The notes under the pieces were generated by a model. It was given only the letters and a program-made list of their open reading frames with translations, did no database searches and was not told the origin of the DNA. DNA of 64,000 bases from Candidatus Latescibacterota bacterium (GTDB taxonomy: Bacteria; Latescibacterota; CBDEFO01), in the NCBI GenBank assembly GCA_965248755.1, contig OZ252149.1, positions 1,856,001-1,920,000 on the forward strand. The letters are read 5' to 3'. Made by a program: the position numbers and the translations under genes. Positions 58,527 to 64,000 of this stretch are shown here, piece by piece. Each line of letters starts with the position of its first letter. The stretch's first letter is position 1.

Positions 58527-59978
58527 ATGAGAGTATTTTCAAAAGTTTTCGTGATTGCATCCCTATGTTTGTCGTTTGCCGCAACTGCTTTTCCCCAAGA
58601 AACATCTGAATGGGAAAGACTAAACGAAAAGGCAACAACACTCTACGAACAAGGACAGTATGAGGAAGCGGTTAAGTTTGCCAAAGAGGCTTTGAAAATA
58701 GCTGAGGAAACTTTCGGTCCAGACCATCCCGATGTGGCGACCTCCCTGAACAATCTGGCGGAGTTTTACAGAACTCAGGGCAAGTATGTCGAGGCTGAGC
58801 CTCTTCACAAGCGGTCACTGGCAATAAGGGAGAAAGCCCTTGGCAAAGACCATCCTGATGTGGCGAACTCCCTGAACAATCTGGCGGGACTTTATGATTC
58901 ACAGGGCAAGTATGCCGAGGCTGAGCCACTTTACAAGCGGTCACTGGCAATAAGGGAGAAAGCCCTTGGCAAAGACCATCCTGATGTGGCGAACTCCCTG
59001 AACAATCTGGCGGGACTTTATGATTCACAGGGCAAGTATGTCGAGGCTGAGCCTCTTCACAAGAGGTCACTGGCAATAAGGGAGAAAGCCCTTGGCAAAG
59101 ACCATCCTGATGTGGCGACCTCCCTGAACAATCTGGGGGGACTTTATAAAACTCAGGGCAAGTATGTCGAGGCTGAACCGCTTTACAAGCGAGCACTGGC
59201 AATAGTAGAAAAAGCTCTTGGCAAAGGCCACCCCTATGTGGCGACCTCCCTGAACAATCTGGCGTTACTTTATGATTCTCAGGGCAAGTATGCCGAGGCT
59301 ATTCCCCTTCACAAGCGGGCACTGGCAATAAGGGAAGAAACCCTTGGCAAAGACCATCCCGATGTGGCGAACTCCCTGAACAATCTGGCGTTACTTTATG
59401 ATTCTCAGGGCAAGTATGCCGAGGCTGAACCGCTTTACAAGCGAGCACTGGCAATAGTAGAAAAAGCTCTTGGCAAAGACCACCCCTATGTGGCATTCCC
59501 CCTGAACAATCTGGCGTTACTTTATGATTCTCAGGGCAAGTATGCCGAGGCTGAACCGCTTTACAAGCGAGCACTGGCAATAAGGGAAGAAACCCTTGGG
59601 AAAGACCATCCCGATGTGGCGCAATCCCTGAACAATCTGGCGGAACGTTTCAGAACTCAGGGCAAGTATGCCGAAGCTGAACCCCTTTACAAGCGAGCAC
59701 TGGCAATATACGAGAAAGCTCTTGGGAAAGACCATCCCGATGTGGCGACCTCCCTGAACAATCTGGGGGGACTTTATAAAACTCAGGGCAAGTATGCTGA
59801 GGCTGAGCCCCTTGTTAAGCGAGCACTGGCAATAGTAGAAAAAGCTCTTGGGAAAGACCATCCGCACGTGGCGACTGTGCTGGAGAACATGGCAGTGTTC
59901 TACATAGAGATTGGAAAGGAAGATGAAGCAAAAAGGTTGGGGGAACGTGCACAAGGAATTCGTTCAAGAAACCAGTGA
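58527..59978 (+). CDS. secreted 42-aa TPR protein, 9 internal repeats
   Basis: Leader ends AATAFPQ; same repeat. Confidence 0.92.
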   Translation: MRVFSKVFVIASLCLSFAATAFPQETSEWERLNEKATTLYEQGQYEEAVKFAKEALKIAEETFGPDHPDVATSLNNLAEFYRTQGKYVEAEPLHKRSLAIREKALGKDHPDVANSLNNLAGLYDSQGKYAEAEPLYKRSLAIREKALGKDHPDVANSLNNLAGLYDSQGKYVEAEPLHKRSLAIREKALGKDHPDVATSLNNLGGLYKTQGKYVEAEPLYKRALAIVEKALGKGHPYVATSLNNLALLYDSQGKYAEAIPLHKRALAIREETLGKDHPDVANSLNNLALLYDSQGKYAEAEPLYKRALAIVEKALGKDHPYVAFPLNNLALLYDSQGKYAEAEPLYKRALAIREETLGKDHPDVAQSLNNLAERFRTQGKYAEAEPLYKRALAIYEKALGKDHPDVATSLNNLGGLYKTQGKYAEAEPLVKRALAIVEKALGKDHPHVATVLENMAVFYIEIGKEDEAKRLGERAQGIRSRNQ

Positions 59979-60082
59979 TGGCAATGCGGCCATCTGTTTC
60001 CCGCAGTGGTGAACGTGAACGGCAACGACGGCAATCTCGGAGGAATTGTTCCTTGATTCCTTAGCCGATAGGAGCACCAGAT

Positions 60083-61030
60083 ATGAGAGTATTTTCAAAA
60101 GTTTTCGTGATTCCATTCCTATGTTTGACCTTTGCCGCAAACTGCTCTTCCCCAGAAACATCTGAATGGGAAAGACTAAACGAAAAGGCAACAAGCCTCT
60201 ACCAACAAGGTCAGTATGAGGAAGCAGTTAAGTTTGCCAAAGAGGCTTTGAAAATAGCTGAGGAAAGTTTCGGTCCAGACAAGCCCAATGTGGTGCAATC
60301 CCTGAACAATCTGGCGAGACTTTATTATTCTCAGGGCAAGTATGCCGAGGCTGAACCCCTTTACGCGCGAGCGCTGGCCATAGAGGAAGAAGCCCATGGA
60401 AAAGACCATCCCCACGTGGCCGCCTCCTTGAACAATCTGGCGGCACTTTATTATTCCCAGGGCAAGTATGCCGAGGCTGAACCCCTTTACGCGCGAGCGC
60501 TGGCCATAGAGGAAGAAACCCTTGGAAAAGAACATCCCGATGTGGCGACCTCCCTGAACAATCTGGGGGCACTTTACAGAGCTCAGGGCAAGTATGTCGA
60601 GGCTGAGCCCCTTTACAAGCGTTCACTGGCAATAAGGAAAAAAGCACTTGGCAAAGACCACCCTGATGTAGCGCAATTCCTGAACAATCTGGCGGAACTT
60701 TACAAAGCTCAGGGCAAGTATGTCGAGGCTGAGCCCCTTTATCAGCAAGCACTGGCAATAGTAGAAAAAGCTCTTGGAAAAGACCATACCAATGTGGCGT
60801 TCTGCCTGCTCGGTCTGGCGGAACTTTACAAAGACCAAAACAAGTATGCTGAGGCTGAGCCCTTTTTCAAGAGAGCACTGGCAATATACGAGAAGGCCCT
60901 TGGGAAAGACCATACCGATGTGGCGACTGTGTTGGAGAATCTGGCGGAGTGTTACAGGGAAATTGGAAAGGAAGATGAAGCCAAAAGGTTGGAAGAGCGT
61001 GCAGAAGGAATTCGTTCAAGAAACCAATGA
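60083..61030 (+). CDS. secreted (possibly lipoprotein) 42-aa TPR protein, 5 internal repeats
   Basis: Leader ends FAANCSSP; same repeat. Confidence 0.92.
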   Translation: MRVFSKVFVIPFLCLTFAANCSSPETSEWERLNEKATSLYQQGQYEEAVKFAKEALKIAEESFGPDKPNVVQSLNNLARLYYSQGKYAEAEPLYARALAIEEEAHGKDHPHVAASLNNLAALYYSQGKYAEAEPLYARALAIEEETLGKEHPDVATSLNNLGALYRAQGKYVEAEPLYKRSLAIRKKALGKDHPDVAQFLNNLAELYKAQGKYVEAEPLYQQALAIVEKALGKDHTNVAFCLLGLAELYKDQNKYAEAEPFFKRALAIYEKALGKDHTDVATVLENLAECYREIGKEDEAKRLEERAEGIRSRNQ

Positions 61031-61135
61031 TGGCAACAGCGCCGTTCCCGCAACTGGAGCGCCAGGCGATCATCCTACAGAACAAATAACTCGATAGCCA
61101 GATTTGGCGGTCAAGAAGTACTGAAAGGAAGTGAC

Positions 61136-62842
61136 ATGCGATGCAACTATCTTTGCGCCATAGGTATTCTGTTTTGCATCGGGGGTGCCGCTGTGTTTGA
61201 TGTCCCCAATGCGGCAGAGGATGAAACCGAAATCCTCAAGATCACCGTCGGTAAGCCGACCCAGCTCAGCGATGAGGTTAATCAGAATACCGCGAGCGTG
61301 GCGGTCTCACGTACAGGGACGATCGCTGTATTCTATCCCAAGCAGGGCGAAGGGGCTAAGTACTATCGCATTTCAAACGACGGCGGTCAGACCTGGGACA
61401 AGGAACTGGACTTCCCTCCCGCATATGCAGGCCCCATGTCTGTAGACCTCCGCGAAGGTGGGGTCCTTTTTATGCAGCGCAAATCAAGGCACGAGCTAGA
61501 AGCCCAGCGCATACTCTTCTCTGACGATTTCCTGAAGTATGAAGTTGGCACCTCAGCGGTGTCCGTGCCAAATGCGGTTCTGCAAACGAAGTGGGCAGAG
61601 TTTTGGCCTTTCTTGGCCAAGGGAAAGATAGTCCAGTTGCCTAACGGTGATTTGCTGGGCACCATGTACGGGAACCTCAAAGGCGATACCCAGTATCGCA
61701 CCATGATCGCGCTATCCACGGACTTGGGCCGCAGTTGGGAGTATCATGCCACCGTTGCCTATAGCCCAGACGACCCGGATCCGGAATTGGCTGGCGGATA
61801 TTGTGGTTATTGCGAGCCAAGCCTGGCTTTACTATCCAACGGGCAACTCTTGTGCATAATGAGGACACAGGGAACGCAGTTTCCCGGCGAATATCGGCCA
61901 CTGTACCAGTGCTGGTCAGACGATCTAGGCAAGACATGGACCGAGCCAGTACTGAGCGAGCCGCACTTGATGAATATCTCGCCGACGCTGGCGGTATTGG
62001 ATAACGGCGTGCTGGCCTGTCAGTACGGCCGGCCAGGATTTCACGTTGCGTTCAGTCTGGACAATGGCCACACGTGGCAGGACCGCGTCAGCTTCTCGCA
62101 TCTGCCATGCGGTGTCATCACTGGCCAGTTTGACATGATCAAAGTCGGTCCGAACCGATTGTTGGCTATCGGGAATGATTCCGAAGGCACGAAGGTATGG
62201 CCATTGTCCGTTGACCGCGTGAAGGTATTAACCACCCACGGACGTCTTCATGGTCGTGTATTGGATGAACAGGGTAATCCGATTGCCAGTGCAGCGATCG
62301 AGCGCAGCCCCAACCGTTACACCGCCGACGACTGGCTGGATCACGAATCCAAGTTGGACTGGTGGGGAGCCGGGACTCCCGTGACGGTCGGTTCACCCAG
62401 CTTGGGATTCAGATCTATTCGACAGGGAAACGGCCATCCGACGGTGAAGTCGGATACAGAGGGTCGATTTGATTTTCATGATGTGCCATTGAGCGAATAC
62501 GTGTTGACCGTGGAAGCCGATGGTTACGCGCCTCAACAACGACACGTCAACATTCGGCCGCAGTCTCGGTCGCAGGATTTCAAACTCAAGACGGGCCGGC
62601 TTGTGCGCAGCCAGGTTGTGGATGAAACGGGCCGGGGGATTCCAGGGATATGTGTGATACTCAACAGATGGCACGTCCACACAGATCGAGCTGGCTACTT
62701 CCACTGGTCAGTAGAGTTTCCGCTGCCGCAGCAGGTGGAAATGAAGATCTACAAGCGGTACAGCGGTCAGTACGAGACATTGGAAACTACGGTCGCCCTA
62801 GCGCAGATCGAACGTCAGCCGATCACCTTGAAGAACAGATAA
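61136..62842 (+). CDS. secreted BNR/sialidase-like protein, paralogue of 52099-53829
   Basis: Asp boxes SNDGGQTW, STDLGRSW, SDDLGKTW, SLDNGHTW; colinear with the first copy. Confidence 0.8.
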   Translation: MRCNYLCAIGILFCIGGAAVFDVPNAAEDETEILKITVGKPTQLSDEVNQNTASVAVSRTGTIAVFYPKQGEGAKYYRISNDGGQTWDKELDFPPAYAGPMSVDLREGGVLFMQRKSRHELEAQRILFSDDFLKYEVGTSAVSVPNAVLQTKWAEFWPFLAKGKIVQLPNGDLLGTMYGNLKGDTQYRTMIALSTDLGRSWEYHATVAYSPDDPDPELAGGYCGYCEPSLALLSNGQLLCIMRTQGTQFPGEYRPLYQCWSDDLGKTWTEPVLSEPHLMNISPTLAVLDNGVLACQYGRPGFHVAFSLDNGHTWQDRVSFSHLPCGVITGQFDMIKVGPNRLLAIGNDSEGTKVWPLSVDRVKVLTTHGRLHGRVLDEQGNPIASAAIERSPNRYTADDWLDHESKLDWWGAGTPVTVGSPSLGFRSIRQGNGHPTVKSDTEGRFDFHDVPLSEYVLTVEADGYAPQQRHVNIRPQSRSQDFKLKTGRLVRSQVVDETGRGIPGICVILNRWHVHTDRAGYFHWSVEFPLPQQVEMKIYKRYSGQYETLETTVALAQIERQPITLKNR

Positions 62843-62888
62843 CTCGATAGCCAGATTTTCCACCGAAGAAGTACTGAAAGGAGTTGAT

Positions 62889-64000
62889 ATGCAATCCAAC
62901 CACTCTGTGACAAGCCGTGCTGGGGATGTGGATCCAGGCGCTCAACTGGTTGAGGAACTCCTGGCGCACCGCAGAACCGAAAAAGCGCGCTGGCAACCTA
63001 TGAGCTTTGATCTGGAGGATATGGCGATCCTCTCGTTGAATGCCTACACCCGTGCTCTGGATGAGAATTCAGATTACCTGCTGTGGATGGCGGCTTGGTA
63101 TGACCGCAGGCCGCTGGCCCAGCGGCATACACATAGCGACGGCAATCAGATGCCTAAGTACGCAGAAGGGATCGCCCTGATGCGCCTGATGACCGGCAGC
63201 ACGATGAACCGTGAAATCGATGCTAAGATATGGAAATGGATCGACGACCGTACCGGGGAAGACGGCCTGATTTACAAGCAACCGGGCCAGGCCGACGCGT
63301 ACGGTAATGGCAGAGCACTGCTGGCCCGCATCCTTGAGTACCGCTTGAGCGGTTCAGCCGGACAGCCAGATGCCATAGAAAAAACGATCGACACGCTGTG
63401 GGACAAGGTCTATGTGCAAGGTGATCGCGATGCGCCGGACAGCTATTGCATTTTCCCACGAGTCTGGGACGGCGGCTCGCAGGTCAATGCAGATACGGCG
63501 GACTGGCCTATCTATAACGCCTCGCTCATCCCTCCCATGGTCAAGTGGTACGAGATGACCGGCAGCGCCAGGGCATTGGAGCTGGCGCGATGGATGACCA
63601 ACAGTATTCTGCGCGGTGGCGAGATTGAAGAAGATGGCTCGTGGCAGGGCTGGTTCCATCCTTTCGTACACGCCGGAATGGCGATGCTTGAGTATGCCCG
63701 GGTGACTAAAGACGAAGTCTTATGCAAAAGGATGCGGGGCTTCTATGAAAGTGGGCGTAGCCAGGGAACGAGCCATGGTGTTTTTCCCGAACAGCCCGCC
63801 GGACTATGGGTTTCGAATATCGGCAATGAGGGATGCTGTACGGTGGATATGTGCAACATGGCGGCAACGCTTTCCCGCGCGGGTCTGGGCGATTATTGGG
63901 ACGATGTGGATCGCTATCTGAGGAATCAATTGACCGAGGCTCAGATGAAGAGAACCGATTTCCTCGAGCGGATTCCGAAAAGCAATATCGTCCACATTCC
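62889..64000 (+). CDS. partial (alpha/alpha)6 glycoside-hydrolase-like protein (GH127/GH146-like), runs off the window
   Basis: Not in the ORF track; open frame read by hand from MQSNHS behind AAAGGAG; EGCCTVDM...GLGDYWDDVDRYLRNQLTEAQ. Confidence 0.55.
   Translation, partial: MQSNHSVTSRAGDVDPGAQLVEELLAHRRTEKARWQPMSFDLEDMAILSLNAYTRALDENSDYLLWMAAWYDRRPLAQRHTHSDGNQMPKYAEGIALMRLMTGSTMNREIDAKIWKWIDDRTGEDGLIYKQPGQADAYGNGRALLARILEYRLSGSAGQPDAIEKTIDTLWDKVYVQGDRDAPDSYCIFPRVWDGGSQVNADTADWPIYNASLIPPMVKWYEMTGSARALELARWMTNSILRGGEIEEDGSWQGWFHPFVHAGMAMLEYARVTKDEVLCKRMRGFYESGRSQGTSHGVFPEQPAGLWVSNIGNEGCCTVDMCNMAATLSRAGLGDYWDDVDRYLRNQLTEAQMKRTDFLERIPKSNIVHI

Noticed and set aside
53881..60913. Long Cys/Pro-rich minus-strand repeat ORFs opposite the TPR genes
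   Set aside because: Antisense reading of the 126-bp repeat, with no independent RBS, leader or domain evidence.
53958..61030. Regular ~126-bp periodicity as a possible CRISPR array
   Set aside because: Repeats are contiguous, in-frame coding TPR units without unique spacers, and no cas genes are present.

Overview
64-kb bacterial chromosomal window, probably from an FCB-superphylum lineage such as Latescibacterota/KSB1 (inferred from SprA-like sequence and many QNYPNPFNP...RKLxLxR C-terminal domains). From left to right: an integron-type attC site next to a uracil-DNA glycosylase gene; a decayed type I restriction-modification operon split by an IS1182; a TPP-riboswitch-controlled thiO-thiS-thiG-thiE operon; aldo/keto reductase and DadA-like genes separated by a MITE-like element; an 18-kb minus-strand array of secreted repeat proteins (FG-GAP, LVIVD/NHL, LamG-IPT-NHL-cohesin-dockerin, and a barrel-less SprA-derived lipoprotein) that share leaders and C-terminal domains; an orphan xanthine-dehydrogenase-family large subunit; a satellite-like primase-helicase/iteron/xis remnant whose primase is cleanly split (5-bp TAAAG duplication) by an IS1380 transposition unit carrying two captured chromosomal fragments; a 4x mosaic tandem array of DUF6259-like hydrolase plus FGE/SUMF1-domain genes; and two BNR/sialidase-like paralogues bracketing five secreted 42-aa TPR proteins with 8, 12, 6, 9 and 5 repeats. 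Several REP-like palindrome families are scattered throughout, some in frame within CDSs. No rRNA, tRNA, CRISPR array, integrase or reverse transcriptase was seen. All family calls come from motif recognition by eye, not database searches.
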